Shown: positions 9,448-19,327 of the stretch, in pieces
Position numbering within the stretch: position 1 is the stretch's first letter
How the letters are laid out: every line of letters begins with the position of its first letter
Origin: Gammaproteobacteria bacterium
GTDB lineage: Bacteria; Pseudomonadota; Gammaproteobacteria; SZUA-140
Direction: 5' to 3'
Length of the DNA: 64,000 bases
Assembly (NCBI GenBank): GCA_020847075.1
Contig: JADLCS010000057.1
Coordinates: 21,052 to 85,051, forward strand
The notes under the pieces: model-generated
Told to the model about the DNA's origin: nothing
Seen by the model: only the letters and a program-made list of their open reading frames with translations
Databases searched by the model: none
Position numbers and translations under genes: made by a program

Positions 9448-10409
9448 TATCCGCCTTACGCGCCCGCCACACCTGGTCACTGGGTGTGGCGGGCGCATTG
9501 CTTTTGCTCTGCGGCTGCGCGGGAGTGCCGCAAACGCAGGCGCTGCTGGACGATCCCCCCCGGGAACTCGGTCGCAGATTCGAACTGGACGGGGTCCCGT
9601 TTTTCCCGCAGGAGCGCTATCAATGCGGTCCTGCCGCCCTGGCGACGGTACTCGGCTGGACGGGCGTCGAGGTCACGCCCGAGCAACTGGAATCTCAGGT
9701 CTATATCCCGGATCGCCAGGGCAGTCTGCAACCCGAGCTGATCGCCACCGCGCGGCGTTATCGGCGTGTCCCCTATCTGCTGGACTCCGAACTGGAGTCG
9801 ATCCTGCGCGAGGTGAGGGCGGGCCATCCCGTGCTGGTGCTGCAGAACCTTGCATACCGCTGGTATCCGCGCTGGCATTATGCGGTGGTGGTGGGTTTCG
9901 ACCTCGATCGTGGAGAGATGATGTTGCGTTCCGGTACGCATAGGCGTCATATCCAGTCCCTGCGTTCCTTCGAGTATACATGGGGGCGGGCCGGTTACTG
10001 GGCGGTCGTCATGCTCGAGGCGAACTTTGTACCGGCAACGGCCTCCGAACAGGCGTATCTGCGAGCGGTACTGGCGTTTGAGCAGGCCACCGACCCGGCG
10101 ACCGTGATGGAGGCCTATCGCTCGGCGGCGGAACGCTGGCCTGCCAGCGCCGGGGCATGGTTCGGGCTCGGCAATGCGGCGTATCGGTTGCATGCCTACC
10201 CTGAAGCGGAGGTGGCGTTCCGGCATGTGCTGGGGCTGAAGCCGGAGTTTCCCGCGGCGATGAACAATCTTGCTCTCGTACTCCTGGAGCGCGGTGATGG
10301 AGCCGAGGCCATTCATATGGCGAAGCAGGCGTTGGCGGCCGATCCCGCCAACCCGGTATTCCATGCCACGCTGGACGAGATAATGCTGCGCGTAAAGGAG
10401 AGACCCTAG
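9444..10409 (+). CDS. C39-like cysteine peptidase domain plus TPR repeats (PA2778-family-like)
   Basis: Q...YQCGPAALATVL (Cys nucleophile context) and WHYAVVVGF (His). C-terminal TPR-like repeats (AWFGLGNAAYRLHAYPEAEVAFRHVLGLKPEF, AMNNLALVLLERGD). N-terminal lipoprotein-like signal LLLCGCAG. Confidence 0.6.
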   Translation: MISALRARHTWSLGVAGALLLLCGCAGVPQTQALLDDPPRELGRRFELDGVPFFPQERYQCGPAALATVLGWTGVEVTPEQLESQVYIPDRQGSLQPELIATARRYRRVPYLLDSELESILREVRAGHPVLVLQNLAYRWYPRWHYAVVVGFDLDRGEMMLRSGTHRRHIQSLRSFEYTWGRAGYWAVVMLEANFVPATASEQAYLRAVLAFEQATDPATVMEAYRSAAERWPASAGAWFGLGNAAYRLHAYPEAEVAFRHVLGLKPEFPAAMNNLALVLLERGDGAEAIHMAKQALAADPANPVFHATLDEIMLRVKERP

Positions 10410-10856
10410 GCCGGGGAATATCGACTCATACGGATCTGCCGTTTCTTTTTCATCTCTGCTCATGCGTGCCCGATTATTCATGCGGCTCCCCGAATCCTGT
10501 ATTCATAGCTGTCTCTGACTACCGCCGATCTTTACGCGCAGTGATGTGCGGTTTCACACCCCGTGAAAACTTACGTCAAGTTCACAATGTCATTGTGCAG
10601 GGAAATAAGGCCTACATCGTCACGCTGTCTCCATATGGAGACGTGCGCTTTGTGAGAAGCGTCACCAATTCGACGAGCTCTGTAATGATAAATTCATCGA
10701 CCTCGCGGAACTTTTGATCGAAGCCCTTCGTCATAAGTAACGTCATCATCACTGTCTTGGATAAAGCGGAGATGACGACAGCCGCGAGGGAAGCATAAAC
10801 AGAGGTCGGATGCTTTTTGGTGCGGTTCGGTAGTCGTTGAACAATGGAGGTGCAAT

Positions 10857-11111
10857 ATGTCTCATGATTCCCAAATGAACGAGGAAATATCCCATCGTGC
10901 GACCATGCTGGTATTGAGCATAACGCTCGTGCTGGCGACACTGTCGATGGAAGGCCCGCTCGGCTGGCGTTCGGTATTTCCGCTGATCGCCATCTGGCCC
11001 GGAATCGCCGCCCTGGTAGGGTTGCAACTGGCGCCGTGGGGCAGGATCTTTGGTCAGGCCACGAGCAACAAGGCGCGTATCGCATACGAGGATATGCCCA
11101 CTCACGCGTGA
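10857..11111 (+). CDS. Small two-TM membrane protein, hypothetical (84 aa) in a low-GC patch
   Basis: SD caatGGAGGtgcaatATG. Two hydrophobic helices (MLVLSITLVLATL, VFPLIAIWPGIAALVGL). Local GC about 50%. Confidence 0.35.
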   Translation: MSHDSQMNEEISHRATMLVLSITLVLATLSMEGPLGWRSVFPLIAIWPGIAALVGLQLAPWGRIFGQATSNKARIAYEDMPTHA

Positions 11112-11232
11112 TTCACCCTCCGGTCGTGTAGATACGGCACATGACCCATTGAAATCCGAAGGAGGACCGCGCCATGCCGGGGAACCGGCATGGCGCGGCC
11201 CACCGGGAGGTGCGCCCCCGATCCCCATTTCG

Positions 11233-11280
11233 CTGTTTCCCCAGTTCCGCCCGCTGTTTCTTCGGTTCCCGTCTGTTCCC
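11233..11280 (+). promoter_or_regulatory. Array of five direct GTTYC/CTGTTYC repeats phased about 10 bp, upstream of the M48 lipoprotein gene
   Basis: CTGTTTCC(11233) aGTTCC(11243) CTGTTTC(11254) gGTTCC(11264) CTGTTCC(11273). One-helical-turn phasing typical of response-regulator binding sites. Confidence 0.35.
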
Positions 11281-11373
11281 CTGACGCGTAAAATACGACT
11301 CCCGTTACGAGGCGGGGTGCCTCCGGTTTCGTGGCGTATTATGATTGCGTAAATCGACAAAGGAGGGGGATGC

Positions 11374-12195
11374 GTGAGGGGATCAATCGGAACAACGGCC
11401 GCCGGAATCCTGTTGGTCGCCGCGGCGGCCTGCGCGGTGTCGCCTACCGGACGCAAGCAACTGACCTTGATGCCTGAATCTCAGATGATCGTGATGGGCG
11501 TCCAGTCCTTCAACGAGATCCAGGACAATACCCCGCGCGAGAAGGACCCTCTCGTCAATGCCTATGTACAGTGCGTCGCGACCGCCATCACGCATCTGCC
11601 CGAGGTGCGTAAGCAGAGTGCGGACTGGGATGTGGTGGTGTTCGATGACAAGACCGTGAACGCCTTCGCGCTGCCCGGTGGAAAGATCGGGGTCTACAAG
11701 GGGCTGTTGTCGGTGGCGGAATCCCAGTCGCAGCTCGCGGCGGTATTGGGGCATGAAGTGGGGCATGTGCTGGCGCGCCATGGCAATGAACGCGTGTCCC
11801 AGCAGTTTGCCGTGGGGGAGACCCTGGCCGTGCTCGACGCCTGGATGGCGGCCGGCAATAGGTCCAACCGTGAATCCGCCATGGCCCTGCTCGGACTCGG
11901 GAGTCAGGTCGGCGTGTTGTTGCCGTTCAGCAGATTGCAGGAAAGCGAGGCGGACACCATCGGTCAGGATCTGATGGCGCGCGCAGGATTCGATCCGCGC
12001 GAGAGCGTCGCCCTGTGGCAGAACATGGGCAAGGCGGGAGGGGGGCAGCCCCCGCAGTTCCTGTCGACGCATCCCGCACACCAGACCCGCATCAAGGACC
12101 TGCAGTCCGGAATGGGGCATGCGCTGGAGCTTTATCGGCAGGCCCAGTCGGCAGGCTTGCGGCCCGATTGCAGGCCGCCGGTGATGAAGGGCTGA
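11374..12195 (+). CDS. M48-family Zn metalloprotease lipoprotein (LoiP/YggG-like)
   Basis: GTG start 4 nt after AAAGGAGGGGG. Lipobox LVAAAAC. HEVGHVLARH plus downstream E (HExxH...E). Confidence 0.8.
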   Translation: MRGSIGTTAAGILLVAAAACAVSPTGRKQLTLMPESQMIVMGVQSFNEIQDNTPREKDPLVNAYVQCVATAITHLPEVRKQSADWDVVVFDDKTVNAFALPGGKIGVYKGLLSVAESQSQLAAVLGHEVGHVLARHGNERVSQQFAVGETLAVLDAWMAAGNRSNRESAMALLGLGSQVGVLLPFSRLQESEADTIGQDLMARAGFDPRESVALWQNMGKAGGGQPPQFLSTHPAHQTRIKDLQSGMGHALELYRQAQSAGLRPDCRPPVMKG

Positions 12196-12432
12196 ACCCG
12201 TGCGGGGTGATCCAGTCCGGGTGAAAAACATCAATATTTCTAGCGATATTCCATTTTCTACATAAGCAACATGGGCCTAACGATAGGCGAGGTGGGGGGT
12301 GTCAGGGGCACGGATCCGGGGCTGAAGAAACAGGGGATCTGGAGTATAATCGGCGGAGTCGTTCCCATTCCAGCGTGAACCTCCGCGGGCTACAGGGGAA
12401 CGGATCATACCCAGGCCGAGAACACAGGGGGA

Positions 12433-12669
12433 ATGATGTCTATCCTTCTCGAGCATTCCGAGCTGTCGAATAAATATCCTCCCATTCATCTCCGCAGCCG
12501 TCGCCTGTTTTATGTGGATCCGATGGTGGAAAGCGCCGCCCATGGCTGGTATCTCAAGGTGCGGGGCCCTCGCTGTTTCGGACCCTTCCAGAGTAAGGAA
12601 GAGGCGGGGCAGGCGCTGGGCCTGATCCTGAACAGATACCGGGAGATGAACGATTCCAGCGGTCGTTGA
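12433..12669 (+). CDS. Hypothetical small protein (78 aa)
   Basis: SD AGGGGGAatgATG. No recognisable motif. Confidence 0.4.
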   Translation: MMSILLEHSELSNKYPPIHLRSRRLFYVDPMVESAAHGWYLKVRGPRCFGPFQSKEEAGQALGLILNRYREMNDSSGR

Positions 12670-12797
12670 CCGCTGTCGGCCCGTCTCCCGGCCCTCCCGT
12701 CGCCGACCCTGTCGTCCGAGGTTTGATGGGGAGGCCTTTCTTCGCTAAAATCACCCGCTTTCGTCGTCCAACCGCAGAAGAAGTCATCGGAGTTGAT

Positions 12798-13412
12798 ATG
12801 ACCAAGAAGATTGAATTTGCCCAGTGGCGTCCGCATCCCTGGCACGGCCTGGAGACCTGGGCGGGCAAGCGCGGCACCGTGCTCGCCTTCATCGAGATCA
12901 CGCCTTTCGATACCATCAAATACGAAGTGGACAAGGTCAGCGGCTATCTGCGCGTCGACCGCCCTCAACGCACGTCCTCGTTGCCGCCCACCCTGTACGG
13001 GTTCATCCCGCGGACCTATTGCGGCAAGCGCGTCGCCGGGCTGGCGAGCGGCGTCACCGAAGGCGATGGCGATCCGCTCGATATCTGTGTCATCAGCGAG
13101 CGGCCGATCAGTCGCTCCGAGGTGGTCATGAACGCCAAGGTGATCGGTGGTATGTGCACTATCGACGGTGGCGAGGCCGACGACAAGATCATCGCCGTGC
13201 TGGAGAACGATTGCCTGTGGGAGAACATCGACGATGTCGGCAACCTCCCGAGCCGGATGGTGGAGCGTCTGCGGCATTATTTCACGACCTACAAATACGA
13301 TCCGACCAAGCACGACCGCAGCCCGGTGACGGTAGAAAAGATCTACGGCCGTGATCACGCCCTCAAGGTGATCGAGGCCTCCGTGCAGGATTATGATGAG
13401 ATTTATAAGTAA
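12798..13412 (+). CDS. ppa: Inorganic pyrophosphatase
   Basis: Family I PPase motifs ([34 protein letters not shown]). Followed by a strong terminator. Confidence 0.85.
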   Translation: MTKKIEFAQWRPHPWHGLETWAGKRGTVLAFIEITPFDTIKYEVDKVSGYLRVDRPQRTSSLPPTLYGFIPRTYCGKRVAGLASGVTEGDGDPLDICVISERPISRSEVVMNAKVIGGMCTIDGGEADDKIIAVLENDCLWENIDDVGNLPSRMVERLRHYFTTYKYDPTKHDRSPVTVEKIYGRDHALKVIEASVQDYDEIYK

Positions 13413-13427
13413 GTAACTGGGCTCGAC

Positions 13428-13458
13428 GGGTTCGCGCCGTTCTCCACGGCGCGAACCC
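13428..13458 (+). terminator. Hairpin terminator after ppa (GGGTTCGCGCCGT tctcc ACGGCGCGAACCC)
   Basis: Perfect 13-bp stem. Shared with the convergent fmdB 3' end. Confidence 0.65.
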
Positions 13459-13570
13459 CCTCTGTTCCTGCTCGTGCGCAATTCTCGCGACCCCGCCCTT
13501 CCGGGCGGATCGCATCATGTCTGTTCACTGAATCGATGGCCTCTGTGGCCAGTCTGCGGGGTGAACGTCT

Positions 13571-13885
13571 TCAATGCCCCAGCATCCATGGGCGTTTGAC
13601 ACCGCCCTGCATCCTGAGGGGGGCCTTCTCCGACGCCGGCGGGTGATTGCAGCCCGGGCTGCATTGGTGGCGCTTCGATACCTTCGGTTCGTGGGCGCTG
13701 CGTTCATTGATCTGGTGCGCCTTGCGTACGCCGGGGTCCATCATGCTGAGTCGAGGCGCGGATAACTGGCGCCCGGCATTACCTCCACATACGGGGCAGA
13801 GCGCCTGGGCCTTGTGTTCCGACATCGGGCGGAGCCGGGTGAATTCATGATCGCATCCGGGACAGAAATATTCATAGATCGGCAT
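13571..13885 (-). CDS. fmdB: FmdB-family zinc-ribbon regulatory protein
   Basis: MPIYEYFCPGCDHEF...CPVCGG signature, SD GGAGG, immediately downstream of fmdA. Confidence 0.8.
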   Translation of the reverse strand: MPIYEYFCPGCDHEFTRLRPMSEHKAQALCPVCGGNAGRQLSAPRLSMMDPGVRKAHQINERSAHEPKVSKRHQCSPGCNHPPASEKAPLRMQGGVKRPWMLGH

Positions 13886-13959
13886 GGGATATCCTCCACA
13901 GGGGCCGGCGGACGGTGAATGGCCGTCCGCCGGCATTGGCTCGGATTGATAGTCAGTGA

Positions 13960-15195
13960 TTAGCGGTCCTTCCAGTAGGACACCGGGATATCCTTGCCGC
14001 TGGTGATGAATTTCTTCGGGCCCTCCTTGCAGGGGTTGATGTCGAATTCGAAGATCTCGGTCGGGAGCATCAATGTGGCGCAGACGTTGGGGATATCGAC
14101 GATACCGCTGATATGGCCTTCCACCGGGGCGCACCCCAGGATGGCATAGGCCTGGGCGCCGCTATAGCCGAATTTCTTCAGATATTCGATCGCGTTCAGG
14201 CAGGCCTGGCGGTAGGAAATATGGGCGTCCAGATAGTGTTGTTTGCCCGATTCGTCCACCGAGATGCCTTCGAAGATCAAGTGCTGCCTGTATTCCGGCT
14301 TCAGGGGGCTGGGCTTGAAGATGGGATTCTTCACCCCGTATTTGGCGACGCCGTCCTTGATGATGTCCACTTTGATATGGATCCAGCCGGCCATCTCGAT
14401 GGCGCCGCAGAAGGTGATCTCGCCGTCGCCTTGGGAGAAATGCAAGTCGCCCATGGAAAGCCCGCCGCCCTTCACATAGACCGGAAAATAGACCTTGGAG
14501 CCGCGGGTGAGGTCTTTGATGTCGCAATTGCCGCCGTGCTCGCGTGGCGGGACGGTACGGGCCGCCTCCATCGCCGCGGCTTTCGCGGCATCGGATTTCA
14601 TGCTGCCCATATGCGCCGTTTCGGGCGCCGTCGGGGCGATCAGCGGCGGTACGCGTTCCGGATTGGTGGCAAGCAGGGCGCCCTCGCGCTTGTTCCAGGT
14701 GTCGAGCAGGGCCTTGGACGGCAGGCAGCCGATCAATCCGGGATGCATGATGCCGGCGAATTTTACCCCGGGGACATGACGTGAATGGGCGTAGATGCCG
14801 CTGTACTCCCAGATCGACTTGCGCGCGTCGGGGAAGTGCTCGGTGAGGAATCCGCCGCCGTTCTCCCGGGCAAAGAAGCCGTTGAAGCCCCATTCCGAAT
14901 TGGGAAGCGTGCCTATATCCAGGATATCGACCACCAGGAGATCGCCTGGTTCCGCGCCTTCCACGCCGATGGGGCCGGACAGATAGTGCACCTTGGTCAG
15001 GTCCACATCGCGTACGTCGTCCGCGTTGTCATTATTGTGAATCTGTCCTCCGGTCCAGTCGACGCATTCGACCTTGAAGTCATCGCCGGGCTTTACCCAG
15101 GCGATGATCGGTATATCGGGATGCCAGCGATTGTGTATGCAGGGATGTTCTTCGGGGGTTTTGGAAAAATCAATTTTGATCAGCGTATCTGTCAT
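13960..15195 (-). CDS. fmdA: Formamidase/acetamidase (FmdA/AmdA family)
   Basis: 411 aa, FmdA_AmdA family composition and length, followed by fmdB. SD GGAGA. Confidence 0.8.
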   Translation of the reverse strand: MTDTLIKIDFSKTPEEHPCIHNRWHPDIPIIAWVKPGDDFKVECVDWTGGQIHNNDNADDVRDVDLTKVHYLSGPIGVEGAEPGDLLVVDILDIGTLPNSEWGFNGFFARENGGGFLTEHFPDARKSIWEYSGIYAHSRHVPGVKFAGIMHPGLIGCLPSKALLDTWNKREGALLATNPERVPPLIAPTAPETAHMGSMKSDAAKAAAMEAARTVPPREHGGNCDIKDLTRGSKVYFPVYVKGGGLSMGDLHFSQGDGEITFCGAIEMAGWIHIKVDIIKDGVAKYGVKNPIFKPSPLKPEYRQHLIFEGISVDESGKQHYLDAHISYRQACLNAIEYLKKFGYSGAQAYAILGCAPVEGHISGIVDIPNVCATLMLPTEIFEFDINPCKEGPKKFITSGKDIPVSYWKDR

Positions 15196-15311
15196 GTCCG
15201 TCTCCAGGATATAGGTGGATCGAGCCTATCGAATCCGTGTGCCGACGTAAGTCACGGAAGCGAATGCCGATATATGAAAGCCCGCAGAATCGCGCGTTCC
15301 GATCAGCTATC

Positions 15312-15327
15312 AGCACAGACCGTGCCA
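15312..15327 (-). promoter_or_regulatory. Sigma54 (-24/-12) promoter for fmdA-fmdB: TGGCACG-N4-GTGCT (minus strand)
   Basis: Plus strand reads agcacagaccgtgcca. GG and GC elements have correct spacing. About 115 bp upstream of the fmdA start. Confidence 0.6.
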
Positions 15328-15417
15328 GGGATTTCATCTCTATAAAAGGGCGGAAAATAGCACTGAAAATGGCCGTTTCCCGTCTCGTGCGCACCATCGA
15401 GATGCCTCGGTCAATGA

Positions 15418-15453
15418 TTGTCATGTGACAAAGATGACAATGTCATTTGACAT
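15418..15453. promoter_or_regulatory. Cluster of overlapping palindromes (TTGTCATGTGACAA; TGACAATGTCA; ATGTCATTTGACAT) including TGT-N10-ACA; candidate enhancer (UAS) for a NifA-type sigma54 activator
   Basis: Perfect 14-bp palindrome plus two more TGACA/TGTCA dyads. TGTgacaaagatgACA fits TGT-N10-ACA. Located between the two divergent sigma54 promoters. Confidence 0.5.
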
Positions 15454-15681
15454 TCTTCGCAATGGCATCTCATCGCTCGGTGCGTGATGCCCGAGTGAGC
15501 AAATAAACATCATCCGGATCTCTTCCGAAATGGAAATTTCGGTTCCGTAGAATCGAATAAATTTCATCCGATTATTTTTCTTAGGCGATCCCGATCAACA
15601 AGTTGCCGCATGATTCGCAACTCCGTTCGGGAACCTCATCCTGGCTCCTCCTGCAGGGGGGATCGAACTTATTTCGCGCTG

Positions 15682-15697
15682 TGGCATGGTCGTTGCT
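15682..15697 (+). promoter_or_regulatory. Sigma54 promoter for the urt-like operon: TGGCAT-N5-TTGCT
   Basis: cTGGCATggtcgTTGCTc matches the TGGCAC-N5-TTGCW consensus. About 100 bp upstream of urtA. Confidence 0.65.
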
Positions 15698-15798
15698 CTG
15701 CACCTGTCAACGCGTTGTGCTTAGTGATTCAGGGGCGCGCGTTCAAGGCGGAAGCAATAGTTCGAGAACTCGATAAATAGCTAAAGAAGAGCGGAGGA

Positions 15799-17058
15799 AT
15801 GGCAATGACGTATTTACTAGACAAGGCGAAAGATGCAATGAAGAGGAGGCGAATGGCGGTGGCCCTGGGCGCTGCCATGCTGCTGGGGACAATGACGGCA
15901 GCGTCCGCGGCGACGCTTCCCACGGCGCAGGTGAATACCACCGGGCTGGCGGTCACCGATACCACGGTGAAGGTGGGAATCCTGCATTCCACGACCGGAA
16001 CCATGGCCATCAGTGAGACCGGGTCGGTCGAGGCGGAGAAGCTCGCCATTGAGCAGATCAACGCGATGGGTGGAATTCTCGGCCGTAAGATCGAGATCAT
16101 CCAGGAAGACGGCGCCAGCGACTGGCCGACCTTCGCCGAGAAGGCGAAAAAGCTGCTCGAGAACGACAAGGTCGCCGCGGTCTTCGGTTGCTGGACCTCG
16201 GCCTCGCGCAAGGCGGTGCTCCCCGTATTCGAGAAGGACAATGGCCTGCTCTATTATCCGACCTTCTATGAAGGCCTGGAAGAGTCGAAGAATGTGTTCT
16301 ATACCGGGCAGGAAGCGACCCAGCAGATCCTGGCGGGCCTGGACTGGGCCAGCAGGGAACTGGACGCCAAGACCTTCTATCTGGTCGGGTCGGATTATAT
16401 CTGGCCGAGAACCTCGATGAAGATCGCGCGCAAGCACATCGAGAACGTCCTGAAGGGTACGGTCGTCGGAGAGGAATACTACCCGCTGGGCAGCACCCAG
16501 TTCGGATCTCTGATTAACAAGATCAAGCTGAAGAAGCCAGACCTTGTGTTCGGCGCGGTGGTGGGCGGCAGCAACGTGGCCTGGTTCAAGCAGCTCAACG
16601 CGGCCGGTCTGACGTTCAAGAAGCAGCCCATGTTGACCATCTCGGTGACCGAGGATGAAGTGCTTGGTATCGGCGGCGAAAATGTCGAAGGCCTGTACTC
16701 CTCGATGAAGTACTTCCAGAGCCTGGATCTTCCGGGCAACAAGTCCTTCATCGACGCCTTCAAAAAGAAGTGGGGCGCCGATTCGGTTATCGGAGATGTG
16801 ACGGAGTCCGGCTATCTCGGTCCGTGGCTGTGGCTGCGTGCGGTCGAGGCGGCCAAGAGCTTCGACGTCGACAAGGTCGTGGCGGCTTCACCCGGTATCG
16901 AGTGGGAGGATTCCCCTCATGGATATCTGAAGGTCGATAAAAACCATCATCTCTGGATGAAGACCCGTATCGGCGAGTGGCAGAAGGACGGTCAGGTCAA
17001 GATCGTATATGAATCCGACGTGATCAAACCCGACCCGTTCCCGGCGGGTTATCAATAA
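15799..17058 (+). CDS. urtA: Urea / short-chain-amide ABC transporter periplasmic binding protein (UrtA/FmdD-like)
   Basis: Signal peptide, LivK/UrtA-family PBP, first gene of a five-gene ABC operon. SD GGAGG. Confidence 0.8.
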   Translation: MAMTYLLDKAKDAMKRRRMAVALGAAMLLGTMTAASAATLPTAQVNTTGLAVTDTTVKVGILHSTTGTMAISETGSVEAEKLAIEQINAMGGILGRKIEIIQEDGASDWPTFAEKAKKLLENDKVAAVFGCWTSASRKAVLPVFEKDNGLLYYPTFYEGLEESKNVFYTGQEATQQILAGLDWASRELDAKTFYLVGSDYIWPRTSMKIARKHIENVLKGTVVGEEYYPLGSTQFGSLINKIKLKKPDLVFGAVVGGSNVAWFKQLNAAGLTFKKQPMLTISVTEDEVLGIGGENVEGLYSSMKYFQSLDLPGNKSFIDAFKKKWGADSVIGDVTESGYLGPWLWLRAVEAAKSFDVDKVVAASPGIEWEDSPHGYLKVDKNHHLWMKTRIGEWQKDGQVKIVYESDVIKPDPFPAGYQ

Positions 17059-17138
17059 GTCGTGACGGCCGCGGCGGCATCGGGCCGCCGCGGCATTTAC
17101 CAGGACCATGGTTTGAACAGAACAAGGCGGGAGTCGTG

Positions 17139-18062
17139 ATGGACGGATATTCAGCTTCAGAACTAGCAAACATTTTCGCAATGCAGGCCTTCGCCGGCGT
17201 CAGCCTGTTCTCGGTATTCGTGCTGATGGCCCTCGGTCTTGCGATCATCTTTGGTCAGATGGGCGTAATCAACATGGCGCATGGGGAGTTTCTCACTATC
17301 GGCGCCTACAGCACGGTGATGATGTCCATCCTGGCCGAGAAATACATGCCCTCATTCCTGCCCTATTACTTCATATTCGCAATCGTCGTGGCCTTCATCG
17401 TGGCCTTCGGTATAGGGTATCTGGTCGAGTTTCTCATGATCCGGCACCTGTACCGGCGCCCTTTGGACACCTTGCTGGCGACCTGGGGTCTGAGTCTGAT
17501 CATGCAGCAGATCTTCCGCTCCGCCTTCGGCGCCCGGGAAGTCAGCGCTACATTGCCCGAATGGCTGATGGGCTCCTGGCAGCCGATCGAAGGCGTAGAT
17601 ATACCGATCAATGGACTGTTCGTGCTGGCCCTGACGGCCTTTCTGTCACTCGCTGTCTTCATTTTTCTGTTCCGCTCACGCTGGGGATTGAAGGTGCGCG
17701 CGACGACGCAAAACCGCCTGATGGCGGGGGCGGTCGGGATCAGTACACCGATGGTAGACCGGATCACCTTCGCCCTGGGTTGCGGGATCGCGGGTGTCGC
17801 CGGCGCGGCGTTCACGACCATCGCGTCCACGGGGCCGACCAGCGGGTCGCTCTATATCGTCGATACCTTCCTGGTGGTGGTCTTCGGCGGCGCGGGCAGC
17901 CTTCTGGGGACCTTCGCCTCGGCATTCTCCATCGCGCAGGCACAGTCGGTGATGGAGTTCTTCATGAGCGGTTCGATGGCCAAGGTGCTGACCCTGCTGA
18001 CGGTGATCATCATTCTGATGATACGTCCAGAAGGGTTGTTCTCGGTCAAGGTTCGTAAATAG
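17139..18062 (+). CDS. urtB: ABC transporter permease (UrtB-like, LivH family)
   Basis: Polytopic membrane protein in conserved order. Confidence 0.8.
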   Translation: MDGYSASELANIFAMQAFAGVSLFSVFVLMALGLAIIFGQMGVINMAHGEFLTIGAYSTVMMSILAEKYMPSFLPYYFIFAIVVAFIVAFGIGYLVEFLMIRHLYRRPLDTLLATWGLSLIMQQIFRSAFGAREVSATLPEWLMGSWQPIEGVDIPINGLFVLALTAFLSLAVFIFLFRSRWGLKVRATTQNRLMAGAVGISTPMVDRITFALGCGIAGVAGAAFTTIASTGPTSGSLYIVDTFLVVVFGGAGSLLGTFASAFSIAQAQSVMEFFMSGSMAKVLTLLTVIIILMIRPEGLFSVKVRK

Positions 18063-18082
18063 TCTGGGAGAGGTGATAGATC

Positions 18083-19312
18083 ATGCATGTCGCAATGGAC
18101 AAGCTGTTCGGTGGGCGCGAGGGCCTGGTCGGTCTCGCGATCCTCGCGGCCGTGATTTTCATAGTTATGCCGCTTACCTTCGATATATTCCGCCTGAATC
18201 TCGTCGGAAAGTACCTGACCTATGCCTTCGTGGCGATCGGGCTGGTGCTGTGCTGGGGCTATGGCGGCATCCTCAGTCTGGGCCAGGGCATATTCTTCGG
18301 GTTGGGGGGTTACTGCATGGCGATGTTCCTCAAGCTCGAGGCCTCAGATCCGGAAAGCACCAAGATCCAGTCGACGCCGGGCATCCCGGACTTCATGGAC
18401 TGGAATCAGTTGACTGCGCTGCCATGGTTCTGGGAGCCCTTCCACAGCCTGTCCTTCAGCCTGCTCGCGGTGCTCGCCGTGCCCTGCCTGTTCGCCTTCA
18501 TCATCAGCGTCGCGATGTTCAAGCGACGGGTGGGCGGCGTGTACTTCGCCATCATCACGCAGGCGATCGCGCTCATCCTCACCATCCTGATCGTCGGCCA
18601 GCAGGGTTACATCGGGGGCATCAACGGCATCACCGATCTGCGCACGCTGAAGGGCTGGGACATCCGCACTGACGAGGCGAAGTACGTCCTGTACTTCCTC
18701 AACGGCGCGCTGCTCATCGGCGCCATCCTGGTCGGCCGGCTGATCATCACCTCCAAGCTGGGCCGGCTGCTGCTGGCGATGCGAGATCGCGAGGACCGCG
18801 TGCGGTTCTCCGGCTACGACGTCTCCAGCTTCAAGATCTTCGTGTTCTGCGTCGGGGCGATGATGTCGGCGATCGGCGGCGCGATGTTCACGCTGCAGGT
18901 GGGTTTCATGTCGCCGTCCTTCATCGGTATCGTACCCTCCATCGAGATGGTGATCTTTACCGCGGTGGGCGGGCGCATGTCGCTGATCGGGGCGGTCTAC
19001 GGCGCCCTGATCGTAAATTTCGCCAAGACCTACTTCTCGGAGAGCTTCCCCGCACTGTGGCTGTTCCTGATGGGCGGCCTGTTCATCGCCGTGGTCATGC
19101 TGTTCCCGAACGGCCTGGCCGGCATCTACAGCAGCCACATCAAGCCGAAGTTCGCCGCCTGGAGGGCGCGGCGCGGCGCCGGTGGCGGCCCGCCGCTGCC
19201 CGAGGTCGCGCCACCACCGGAACCGGCGGCGCCCAAGCCGGCGGAGCGGCCGGCCGCCGCCGCGGTGCCACGGTCACTCGCGGCCGGAATCCAGTCGGAA
19301 CCGTCTCGTTGA
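18083..19312 (+). CDS. urtC: ABC transporter permease (UrtC-like, LivM family) with Pro/Ala-rich C-terminal tail
   Basis: Polytopic membrane protein. C-terminal extension rich in P/A/G. Confidence 0.8.
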   Translation: MHVAMDKLFGGREGLVGLAILAAVIFIVMPLTFDIFRLNLVGKYLTYAFVAIGLVLCWGYGGILSLGQGIFFGLGGYCMAMFLKLEASDPESTKIQSTPGIPDFMDWNQLTALPWFWEPFHSLSFSLLAVLAVPCLFAFIISVAMFKRRVGGVYFAIITQAIALILTILIVGQQGYIGGINGITDLRTLKGWDIRTDEAKYVLYFLNGALLIGAILVGRLIITSKLGRLLLAMRDREDRVRFSGYDVSSFKIFVFCVGAMMSAIGGAMFTLQVGFMSPSFIGIVPSIEMVIFTAVGGRMSLIGAVYGALIVNFAKTYFSESFPALWLFLMGGLFIAVVMLFPNGLAGIYSSHIKPKFAAWRARRGAGGGPPLPEVAPPPEPAAPKPAERPAAAAVPRSLAAGIQSEPSR

Positions 19313-19327
19313 CCAACGGAGGATGAC

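Noticed and set aside
10612-11456. Minus-strand ORFs of 157 and 235 aa across the low-GC patch
   Set aside because: Their N-terminal halves are GC-rich nonsense and there are no RBSs. The plus-strand 84-aa ORF with GGAGG is preferred; status of the region remains uncertain.
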